A stretch of DNA of 44,317 nt from Gaiellales bacterium (GTDB lineage: Bacteria; Actinomycetota; Thermoleophilia; Gaiellales; Gaiellaceae): assembly GCA_040878265.1 (NCBI GenBank), contig JBBDMP010000004.1, positions 1-44,317 on the forward strand. The letters run 5' to 3'. Of the stretch, positions 36,992-44,317 are shown piece by piece. A program made the translations under genes and the position numbers. The notes beneath the pieces are model-generated. The model worked only from the letters and a program-made list of their open reading frames with translations. It ran no database searches and was not told the origin of the DNA. The stretch's first letter is position 1. The number at the start of each line of letters is the position of its first letter.

Positions 36992-37975
36992 AGAGCGTGC
37001 GGCAGGCGTTCCTCCGGGAACACGTCGACCCATTCCCAAAACGCCTCGAGAGCCCGCCAGTAGTCGTAGGCGTCCGCGTAGCGGGGCTCGCGCCGCAGCA
37101 CCTCGAGGAGGAGGGCGCAGTTGGCCCGCGCCCGCGGCTCGTCCTGCGAGCTTTCGAGGCTCTCCTCGAGGGCCTGGAGGAAGAAGTCGTCCCCACGGAG
37201 CCACGCGAGCGAGTAGGCGTTCCCGTCCACGGTCCTCGCCGCCGTGCTCGCCTCCTCGCTCTTGAAGAGGAAGACGCTGTAGGGAAAGACGACGTGGTAG
37301 AGGGGGGAGAAGCCGCGGGCGTTCAGAACTCGGCGGCCGATGCGGGCCCTGGGAGTGGCGGAAGAAGTCGTCGATCGCGACGACGCCCCCGTCGACGACG
37401 CGGTCGTAGAGGTGCTCGAGCGCGCAGGCGACCGAGCCGAAGAGGTCGGCGTCGATGTGGAGGAAGCAGAAGCGCCGCTCCGGCTCGAGCGCTGGGAGCA
37501 CGTCCTCGAAGAAGCCCTGCACCGGCTCGACCGTGTCGGCGACTCCGTGGAGTGCGGTGGCGAGCCAGAACGACCGCAGCAGATCCTCCCCGCCGCCGCT
37601 CGCCGGCCCGTACTCCGCGGCCGTGAAGTACGGGTTGTCCTTGTGCGGGTCCGGCGGAGGCAGGCCGCGGAAGCTGTCGACGCTCACGACCTTCTTGTCG
37701 AGGCCGTCTTTCTTCGCCAGGAGGGCGAGGAAGAGGGACATGCCGCCCATCCCGACGCCGGTCTCGATGACGTCGCCGGGAAGCTGAGCGCAACGCTCCC
37801 GAAGGACGCGGGCGTAGAGCCAGTTGCCCCACGGGTATGGCGGGAACATGCTGATCGGTCTCACCGCCTCGATCAGGCCGCCGACGTCGCCCGGGAAGCC
37901 CTCCTGTCGAAAGACGCCGAACGGAAAGGTCGCGAGCCTACGCTTGTCGACGATCGTGTGCGCTGCCGCGTCCAT
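36988..37975 (-). pseudogene. TylF/MycF-like SAM-dependent methyltransferase with an apparent frameshift near 37342-37352
   Basis: From ATG 37975, frame A gives ...VIETGVGMGGMSLFLA...FLHIDADLFGS...VVAIDDFFRHSQGP, then degenerates into low-GC3 Arg/Pro sequence. Shifted by one nt, frame B continues with high GC3 as RIGRRVLNARGFSPLYHVVFPYSVFLFKSEE... to TAG at 36988. The switch sits at a GGGCCCTGGG run. Confidence 0.65.
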
Positions 37976-38042
37976 CGGTCTCTTGAGTGAACCGGCCGAG
38001 GAGCGCTCCGTCAAGAACGATCCAAGGGCCGGGACGTGAACG

Positions 38043-39119
38043 CTAGAGGCTGCGCGCCGAGGGCTCGGAGACCGCCATCCGCGCTCCGCCCTGCTCCAGC
38101 GACGAATCGACAGCCTCGACCATTCGGACGACGTCGAGACCGAGCTCACGGCTCGAGCGAGGGGTATCCCCGGTACGGACGGAGTTGCAGAAGTCCGCCA
38201 TCTCGAGGCCCAGCGGCTCCGCGACGTCGACGCGCGGCGAGACGATGTCGCCGGTGCGGTAGCCCAACCGGAACTCGCCGAAGCTCTCGGGGTTCTTCAG
38301 CGTCACGCCGGAGTCGAAGACGCGCACGGGCTCGTTGCTGACGTCGTCGTAGACGACCATCTTCCGCGATCCGATGACGGTCGTTCGGCGAAGCTTGCTC
38401 GGCGCGAGCCAGGAGAGCTCGACGTGGGCGATCGTTCCGGTCGCGAACTCGAGGTTGATGAACGCGACGTCGGGAGTATCGGGAAGGATGCACCCCCGGC
38501 TCACTGCGCTCGCGTAGGCAGGCGTCTCGTCCAGCCAGTAGCGGAGGATGGAGAAGTCGTGCGGGCCCAGGTCCCAGATCACGCTCACGTCGGGTTGATG
38601 GAGGCCGAGGTTAACTCTGCTGGTCGAGATGGAGTAGATCTCGCCGAGCTCGTCCGCGGTGATGAGGTCGCGAATGAGGTTCACCGGGGGGCTGTAGAGG
38701 AACGTGTGGCCCGGCATGATCACGAGGTCGTGCTCCTCTGCCAGCTCGATCAGGCGGAGCGCCTCCTCCGCGGAAGCGGCAAGCGGCTTCTCGACGAAGA
38801 CGTGCTTTCCGGCCCGCAGCGCGGCGGCGGCGAGCTCGTAGTGGGAGGAAACCGGTGTCGCGATCGCCACTGCGTCTGTCCGCGGGTCGGCGAGGACATC
38901 GTCGAAAGAGGTCGTCGTCGCGATGGCCGGATAGCGTCGGCTGACCGCGGCGAGCGTCTCGGGGCGAAGGTCGCACGCCCAGGAGACCTCGGCATCGGGG
39001 ACTTCGTGGAGGTTGCGGACGAGATTCGGGCCCCAGTAGCCGAGTCCGACGACGGCCACGCGAACCGTCTCCGGCCCGCCGCGGCCGTTCTGCGTAGGGC
39101 GGCCGTTCACGCCGGCCAT
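38043..39119 (-). CDS. Gfo/Idh/MocA-family NAD(P)-dependent sugar oxidoreductase
   Basis: ATG 39119 (Met180 of the track ORF) forms an ATGA overlap with the upstream gene. Rossmann motif VAVVGLGYWGPNLVRNL and the EKP motif VFVEKPLA are present. Confidence 0.85.
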   Translation of the reverse strand: MAGVNGRPTQNGRGGPETVRVAVVGLGYWGPNLVRNLHEVPDAEVSWACDLRPETLAAVSRRYPAIATTTSFDDVLADPRTDAVAIATPVSSHYELAAAALRAGKHVFVEKPLAASAEEALRLIELAEEHDLVIMPGHTFLYSPPVNLIRDLITADELGEIYSISTSRVNLGLHQPDVSVIWDLGPHDFSILRYWLDETPAYASAVSRGCILPDTPDVAFINLEFATGTIAHVELSWLAPSKLRRTTVIGSRKMVVYDDVSNEPVRVFDSGVTLKNPESFGEFRLGYRTGDIVSPRVDVAEPLGLEMADFCNSVRTGDTPRSSRELGLDVVRMVEAVDSSLEQGGARMAVSEPSARSL

Positions 39120-40765
39120 CAGATGGTCCCCGATCGCTGCCGGAGCAGCTGGAAGGGTGTGCGGCAGAGAAGCTGGAAATCCAGGCCGAGCGACCAGCCG
39201 CGCGCGTAAGCGACGTCCATGTCGAGCGCCTCGCCGAACGACGAATGGGCGCGGGCGGTCACCTGCCAAAGGCCGGTAAGGCCGGCGGGCACGAGGAAGC
39301 GCTCGTGATGATGGGGGGCGAAGCCGTCCACCTCGTACGGGATGCACGGACGCGGGCCGACGAGAGACATGTCGCCGCGGAGGACGTTGATCAGCTGCGG
39401 AAGCTCGTCGAGGCTTGTCCTGCGCAGCCAGCGTCCGACACGCGTAATCGCTTCGCCGCGATCGAGCTTGTAGAGGCCGTTGGCGTTTGGGGCTGTGCTC
39501 GACGTGAGGATGGTCTTGATGTACTCGCGGTGGGGCGCGTCGTCGGTGTCCAGCCTCATCGTCCGGAACTTCAAGGCCGTGAACTCGCGCATGTTCATTC
39601 CGAGTCGCGTCTGGCGGAAGAAGACAGGTCCCGGAGAGTCCCGCTTGATCCGCCACGCGATGTAGGCGAACAACGGCGCAGTGACGATCAGGCCCACGGT
39701 CGCCCCGAGCACGTCGATGCTGCGTTTGAGCAAGCGCGACGAGCGGGAAAGCTTGGCCGGGGGGAGGCCGATGAGCGGCAGACCTTCGACCGTGTGCACG
39801 CCGACCTTCGGCCCGACGATGTCGAACAGGCGGGGCACGATGTCTACCTGAACTCCGAGATCCCTGAGCGAGCGAATCAGGGCGAGATACTCCTCAGGCG
39901 TCTGCTTCGAAAAGGCGATGATCACCCGCTCGACGTCCAGGAGGCGCACGATCTCCGGCAGCTCGTCAGGCCCTCCTAGGAGCGTAAGGTGGCCGAGATC
40001 CTCGCGCCGTTCCTTGGGCTCCGAGTCGATCAGGCCGACCAGGTTGATGCCGTACTCGGGATGCTGGAGGAGCTTGCGGGCGACGAGCTGCCCAACGTCG
40101 CCCGCGCCCACGATCACGGCGTTCTGGAGATAGGCGACGCTTCGCCGACAGACCCCCCGGGCGACAGCCCGTCCGGTGGCCACCAGTGCGATTGCAACGA
40201 TCCAGAAGACCGCGAGCCGTGGCGCGTTCGGCTCGGCGAGCCCGCTTAGCCAAGCTCCAAGAAAGACGATCCAGACGCCGGCGGAGACGACGTGGAACAC
40301 ACCCATGATCTCGTGGACCGTCGAGTGGTCGGTGCGCTCCTCGTCCCGCTCGTACAGCCCGTAGAGCTTGGCCGCGACGATCCAGATCGGCAGGGTCGCG
40401 CAGAAGATCGCGAACTCGACCACCGGGCTGACGTAGTCGACCGCAGCGCCGCTGCCCCCGAGTACGAGTGCCGTGACGACGAACGCAAGCGAGAGCCCGA
40501 CAACGTCGGCGAGGAGGAGCATTCGGCGCATGAGCCAGCCGCGCCGGCCGAACTTTCCGCGCGCCTGCCGTCGCTCGATGATCTCGCGCGTGCGAGCGTC
40601 GACCCGCGACAAGACAGGGTTGGCGGCGGCCAAGGCGGCCGTACGCTCAACCGTGCTCAGCGTCCTCTCCCGTCCGAGAACGTCATCTGCCAGCCATCCG
40701 CTGTCTCCCGTCTCCCCAATGCAAGGGCGACCCCGCCCCTTCCCTGAGTTGCTTGGGGTAGACAC
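39119..40765 (-). CDS. Polyprenyl-phosphate glycosyl-1-phosphate transferase (WbaP/WcaJ-like bacterial sugar transferase)
   Basis: N-terminal TM segments, a central Rossmann-like domain ([12 protein letters not shown]) and a C-terminal catalytic domain. The catalytic domain reads [24 protein letters not shown]...[22 protein letters not shown]. The start is uncertain: GC3 is lower in the first ~40 codons. Confidence 0.85.
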   Translation of the reverse strand: MSTPSNSGKGRGRPCIGETGDSGWLADDVLGRERTLSTVERTAALAAANPVLSRVDARTREIIERRQARGKFGRRGWLMRRMLLLADVVGLSLAFVVTALVLGGSGAAVDYVSPVVEFAIFCATLPIWIVAAKLYGLYERDEERTDHSTVHEIMGVFHVVSAGVWIVFLGAWLSGLAEPNAPRLAVFWIVAIALVATGRAVARGVCRRSVAYLQNAVIVGAGDVGQLVARKLLQHPEYGINLVGLIDSEPKERREDLGHLTLLGGPDELPEIVRLLDVERVIIAFSKQTPEEYLALIRSLRDLGVQVDIVPRLFDIVGPKVGVHTVEGLPLIGLPPAKLSRSSRLLKRSIDVLGATVGLIVTAPLFAYIAWRIKRDSPGPVFFRQTRLGMNMREFTALKFRTMRLDTDDAPHREYIKTILTSSTAPNANGLYKLDRGEAITRVGRWLRRTSLDELPQLINVLRGDMSLVGPRPCIPYEVDGFAPHHHERFLVPAGLTGLWQVTARAHSSFGEALDMDVAYARGWSLGLDFQLLCRTPFQLLRQRSGTI

Positions 40766-40828
40766 TGAAGCAAACGAGTCGGCCGCGAAAGGCCAGAGGA
40801 GGAAAACTCTCCTCGCGGCGGGTAGACG

Positions 40829-41515
40829 CTAGCCCTTCGGGGGGGAGCCCGCAGAATCACCGGCTGCGGACCGCCGGCTCAGCTCCCGAGTGAACCCTCG
40901 CCGCTCGCCGAGCAGATCGTTGTCCCGCGTCGTGTAGTAGCTGGCCTGCGCCTCGTCTTGGGGCTGCGCCTCGATCTGATCCAGGAGTGGCATCGTCTGC
41001 TCGAAGAGCGTCCACGCGTAGGCGAGCGCGCGGTTGTAGACGTCGCGGACTTCGTCCAGCTCCGGGTAGATCGAGTACTCGAGTTGGGCCACGATCGGGC
41101 CGTCGTCGATGCCGGGCGTGACTTCGTGGATCGTCACACCGTGCTTGCCCTCTTCGTTCTTGAGCGCCCAGTTGATCGGCGAGACGCCGCGATAGCGCGG
41201 AAGCGGGGAGTTGTGGATATTGAGAATGCGCCCACATCTCTCAATGAACCACTCAGCGAGAATCCGGTCGTAGAAGACCGAAAGGGCGAGATCGACCGTC
41301 CAGCTTCCCGTCCGTACCTCCTCCACGTCGCGGTAGTCACCCGATTCGGCGTACGGGACGCGTTTCTCTTTCGCCCAGGCGATAAGGGAATCGGTCCAGT
41401 CGGGCTCGGGAACGACCGGTACCACCTGCTTGAGCTCGAAGACGGAGCTCTTGCGAAACCACTCGCCGATGCGGATCGCGAGGGTTCCCTTGCCGAGAAG
41501 GACGACGCTCTTCAC
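40829..41515 (-). CDS. Formyltransferase-family protein (candidate sugar N-formyltransferase)
   Basis: GTG 41515, 10 nt after the DegT stop. ILNIHNSPLPRYRGVSPINWAL plus GIDDGPI supply the Asn/His/Asp formyltransferase signature. Confidence 0.75.
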   Translation of the reverse strand: MKSVVLLGKGTLAIRIGEWFRKSSVFELKQVVPVVPEPDWTDSLIAWAKEKRVPYAESGDYRDVEEVRTGSWTVDLALSVFYDRILAEWFIERCGRILNIHNSPLPRYRGVSPINWALKNEEGKHGVTIHEVTPGIDDGPIVAQLEYSIYPELDEVRDVYNRALAYAWTLFEQTMPLLDQIEAQPQDEAQASYYTTRDNDLLGERRGFTRELSRRSAAGDSAGSPPKG

Positions 41516-41525
41516 GACGCGAGAT

Positions 41526-42656
41526 TCAGGCGAAATAGTCCGCCACGGCCTCGACCACGGTCTCGAGCTGCGTCCGTGTGATGCCGGGAAAGATCGGTAG
41601 GGAGAGGCTTTCGCGCGAGACCGCTTCGGCCACGGGAAACTCCCCTTCCCGACATCCGAGCCAGGCATAGGCCGCGGTGAGATGAGGCGGCTTCGGGTAG
41701 TGGCGACCCGTGGCGACACGCCGCTCCGCGAGGAAGTCGGCGAGCGACTCGGGATCCCCTGTTCGGATCACGAATAGGTGCCACACGTGGGAACTGCCCG
41801 GGGCGACCTGTGGAAGCCGCAGGTCGCCGACTCCCCCGAGTGCCTCGAGATAGAACGCAGCCGCTGCGCGACGCTGAGCGTTCCACTCGTCGAGGAGGGG
41901 CAACTTGTGCAGCAGGACGATCGCCTGAATCGTGTCGAGCCTGGCCGTGTAGCCCTCGACTGCGTGCTCGTATTTCGAGATCTGGCCGTGCTCGCGGAGT
42001 GCTCGCATCCGGTTGGCGAGCTCTTCGTCGTCGGTCACGAGCGCGCCCGCGTCTCCCATGGCGCCGAGATTTTTCGCGGGATAGAAACTGAAGGCTCCTG
42101 CGAGCCCGGCAGCTCCGGCGCGAAGGCCATCACGCTTCGCGCCGTGGGTCTGACACGCGTCCTCGATGATGGAAAGGCCGAGCGTGGCGGCGACCTCGAC
42201 GAGCGCCTGCATGTCCGCCATCTGCCCGTATACGTGCACTGGGAGGAGGAAACGTGTGCGCGACGTGACCGCCTCGCGTGCGGCCTCCGGATCGAGGTTG
42301 TAGTCACTCTCCGTCACGTCGGCGACGATGGGCTTCCCACCTGCCTGCGTGACGGCTTCGAAGGTCGCCACGAAAGTATTGGCGGGGACGATCGCCTCGT
42401 CGCCCTTCTCGAGTCCGGCTGCGAGTAGCCCCAGACGGAGCGCGTCAAGCCCACTGGCGAGTCCAACGCAGTACCGCGTGCCGCAGTAGTCGGCGAACGC
42501 CTGCTCGAATTGGGCCACCTGCGGACCGTTCGTGAACGCGCCGCTGTCGATCAGGAGACTCCACTCTTCGATGAGCTCCGACCGAAGCTCGTGGTGGATC
42601 GAGCCGAGATCGAGGAAGGGGACGACGCTGGAAGTCACGTGGTGAGTAGTTCGCAT
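41526..42656 (-). CDS. DegT/DnrJ/EryC1/StrS-family PLP-dependent sugar aminotransferase
   Basis: ATG 42656 (Met44 of the track ORF). FLDLGSIHHELRSELIEEW...IVPANTF...FSFYPAKNLGAMGDAGAL contains the PLP-binding Lys. Confidence 0.88.
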   Translation of the reverse strand: MRTTHHVTSSVVPFLDLGSIHHELRSELIEEWSLLIDSGAFTNGPQVAQFEQAFADYCGTRYCVGLASGLDALRLGLLAAGLEKGDEAIVPANTFVATFEAVTQAGGKPIVADVTESDYNLDPEAAREAVTSRTRFLLPVHVYGQMADMQALVEVAATLGLSIIEDACQTHGAKRDGLRAGAAGLAGAFSFYPAKNLGAMGDAGALVTDDEELANRMRALREHGQISKYEHAVEGYTARLDTIQAIVLLHKLPLLDEWNAQRRAAAAFYLEALGGVGDLRLPQVAPGSSHVWHLFVIRTGDPESLADFLAERRVATGRHYPKPPHLTAAYAWLGCREGEFPVAEAVSRESLSLPIFPGITRTQLETVVEAVADYFA

Positions 42657-42688
42657 CTCCCGAAGAGTAGGAGGCGCGGGGGGCTGCA

Positions 42689-43105
42689 GTGCAGGTGACG
42701 CTCTCGTCAGGCCAAAGACTCTCCGAAGGGCCAGCCCCAGAGAAGAGGCGGGCAAGCACGAACGGGCTTGTATCGGTGCGGGCAAAGCGTCACGATGTGC
42801 GAACTGTGCTGCGGCCCGGTGGTACCAGGAAAGAGGAACGCCGTGCTCAGAGCTCGTCCGAGCCGCCGGCGTGGCTCGCCGATGCTGCCCGCCGCACGCA
42901 GGCGCGACTCGATCGGGTGACTGCGCGCCTTGGCGGAGGGGGGTCAGGGGAAGATGATAGGGAAGGGCTCAGCGAGGAGGAGCAGAGCGAGCGCTGGCGG
43001 GAGCAGGAGGCCGCCTTCGAGCGCAAATGGGGCCACTACTACAAGCCGCTCGTGTTCTTCGTCATCCTCTGGCTCGTCCTCATGGGGCTTTGGGATCGGC
43101 TGTAG
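42689..43105 (+). CDS. Hypothetical protein with a C-terminal transmembrane helix (start uncertain)
   Basis: High GC3 toward the 3' end, which reads ERKWGHYYKPLVFFVILWLVLMGLWDRL. An in-frame GTG at 42917 would give a 62-aa product. Confidence 0.4.
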   Translation: MQVTLSSGQRLSEGPAPEKRRASTNGLVSVRAKRHDVRTVLRPGGTRKEERRAQSSSEPPAWLADAARRTQARLDRVTARLGGGGSGEDDREGLSEEEQSERWREQEAAFERKWGHYYKPLVFFVILWLVLMGLWDRL

Positions 43106-43149
43106 CGCAACTCGCGGCACGACCCGCATATCCTCACGTTTGGTCCCAA

Positions 43150-44172
43150 ATGAGAACAACGCCTGATCCCGATCACAACGATGCGCGCGCGCTCGGGCGA
43201 CCCGAGGTGAGCGTTCTCGTCGCAGTTCGAAACCGACGATCAGAGCTCGTGCAGCTGCTCGATCGCCTGGCTGACCAAACGTTTCCCAAGAACCGATTCG
43301 AAGTTGTGATCGCCGATGACGGCTCCGACGAGGAGGACATCGGAGGCGCAGCCCGCGAACGTGGGGACGATCGGATCCGAGTGTTGCAAGGGCCGCCCCT
43401 CAACGCCTACTCCGCCCTCAATCGTGCGGCCGCCGCCGCCCGTGGCGATGTCCTCGCGATCTGCGACTCAGACTGCCAGCCCGAGCCCGAATGGATCGAG
43501 GCTGGAATTGCCGCGCTAAGAGGAGCCGACGTGGTCGGAGGCAGGATCGAGTTCATCCTGCCCGAGCGCCCCACAATTTGGACGTACTTGACGATGGAGA
43601 CTTTCCTCGACCACGAGGAAGCCATTCGATTGGGGAAGCTTTTGGGAGGAAATCTTTTCGTGAAGGCGACAGTGTTCAGAGAGGTCGGCGGATTTGACGA
43701 CTCTCTTCCGAGCGGGGGCGACGGCACCTTCGGTCGGCGCTGCCATGAGCTCGGGAAGCGTGTCTTCTACTGTCCGACGGCTGTGGTTGGGCACCCAAGC
43801 TTGAACGACTTTCAGTCGTTCAGGAGGAAGGTATGGCGGGTCTTCCGGTCGTCCGCGATGCGAAAGACGAAGGCGGGTAACCCTCCGCGGTACATGCTTC
43901 AGTTTTTCCTGACACCGGGACTGGGGATGATCCGATGGCGAAGAACTCGCGGCCTCTCTCCTTGGCTCGACCGCCGGCGGCTGCGGGAACTGGGCGCCAG
44001 ACCATCGCGGTGGGACTGCGTTGCCGCGTTTCCGGGGATTTACGTCGTGCTACCGGCTGTCGCGGCGGCGGCCTGCCTTAGAGGCGTCTGGTACGTGGAT
44101 CGGAGATATTTCCTGCCGCGTTTCCTGCGAAGACGCCTGCGGGCGGCCCGAGTCACCGAAGCCAACGGGTAG
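43150..44172 (+). CDS. Family-2 glycosyltransferase
   Basis: ATG 43150 (Met42 of the track ORF). VSVLVAVRNRRSELVQLLDRLADQTFPKNRFEVVIADDGSDE and ICDSDCQP (DxD) are present. Confidence 0.85.
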   Translation: MRTTPDPDHNDARALGRPEVSVLVAVRNRRSELVQLLDRLADQTFPKNRFEVVIADDGSDEEDIGGAARERGDDRIRVLQGPPLNAYSALNRAAAAARGDVLAICDSDCQPEPEWIEAGIAALRGADVVGGRIEFILPERPTIWTYLTMETFLDHEEAIRLGKLLGGNLFVKATVFREVGGFDDSLPSGGDGTFGRRCHELGKRVFYCPTAVVGHPSLNDFQSFRRKVWRVFRSSAMRKTKAGNPPRYMLQFFLTPGLGMIRWRRTRGLSPWLDRRRLRELGARPSRWDCVAAFPGIYVVLPAVAAAACLRGVWYVDRRYFLPRFLRRRLRAARVTEANG

Positions 44173-44188
44173 ACGGCAGATCCCGCTC

Positions 44189-44317
44189 TCAGGGCGTCGC
44201 CGAATCTCGCGCAGTCGTCGGAGCCGAGGCGTTGATGACGCGATCGAAAACGTCCGCGAGCTGGCGCGCCAGCTCGCGGTAGTCGAAGCGCTGCAGGACG
44301 TCCGGGCTCGGCGTGGG
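44189..44317 (-). CDS. C-terminal fragment of an unidentified protein (gene continues beyond the window)
   Basis: The minus strand is open from the window edge to TGA (complement of 44189-44191). It reads PTPSPDVLQRFDYRELARQLADVFDRVINASAPTTARDSATP with good GC3. Too short to assign. Confidence 0.45.
   Translation of the reverse strand, partial: PTPSPDVLQRFDYRELARQLADVFDRVINASAPTTARDSATP

Noticed and set aside
35912-37340. Downstream continuation of the 745-aa minus-strand ORF beyond the methyltransferase domain
   Set aside because: GC3 collapses and the sequence becomes Arg/Pro/Gly-rich after the frameshift point. It also overlaps the plus-strand paralogue B and GNAT genes.

Overview
High-GC window (judged by eye from strong GC3 bias, not computed) with frequent GTG/TTG starts and 1-4 nt gene overlaps. 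It looks actinobacterium-like, but the taxon is not determinable from this window. Left half, 1-21 kb, is conserved core. It holds the end of the S10 operon (L29, S17), the spc operon (L14, L24, L5, S14-Z, S8, L6, L18, S5, L30, L15, SecY, Adk, Map), L36, and the alpha operon (S13, S11, S4, RpoA, L17), followed by TruA. After these come a HAD hydrolase, LigA, a PBP4-type carboxypeptidase, a NarL-type response regulator, a divergent pair of coiled-coil cell-wall hydrolases (3D-domain and NlpC/P60), Ku, an alpha/beta hydrolase and tRNA-Pro(CGG). Several ribosomal proteins carry unusual extensions. The most striking is a 311-aa S17 with about 228 aa of tandem-repeat Pro/Glu/Ala/Lys sequence. Right of the tRNA, 21-44 kb, the content is accessory. 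It starts with a secreted LVIVD-repeat protein. Next are two adjacent but differently ordered lasso-peptide biosynthetic modules (PqqD-like B1, transglutaminase-like B2, Asn-synthetase-like cyclase), each with its own HPr-kinase-like gene. One module also has an ABC exporter and a nucleotidyltransferase; the other has a LuxR regulator. Each module has a precursor-like small ORF, and the two share a homologous leader. One precursor (50 aa, absent from the ORF track) looks canonical and ends in Ser. The other has a 42-aa core that fits no known lasso rule. Downstream lie an operon of two paralogous uncharacterised proteins flanking a tandem-GNAT acetyltransferase, and a glycan locus. The glycan locus contains a frameshifted TylF-like methyltransferase, a Gfo/Idh/MocA oxidoreductase, a polyprenyl-phosphate sugar transferase, a formyltransferase, a DegT aminotransferase and a GT2. 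No CRISPR array, IS element or integrase was seen. Many long antisense or out-of-frame ORFs in the track are high-GC artefacts.
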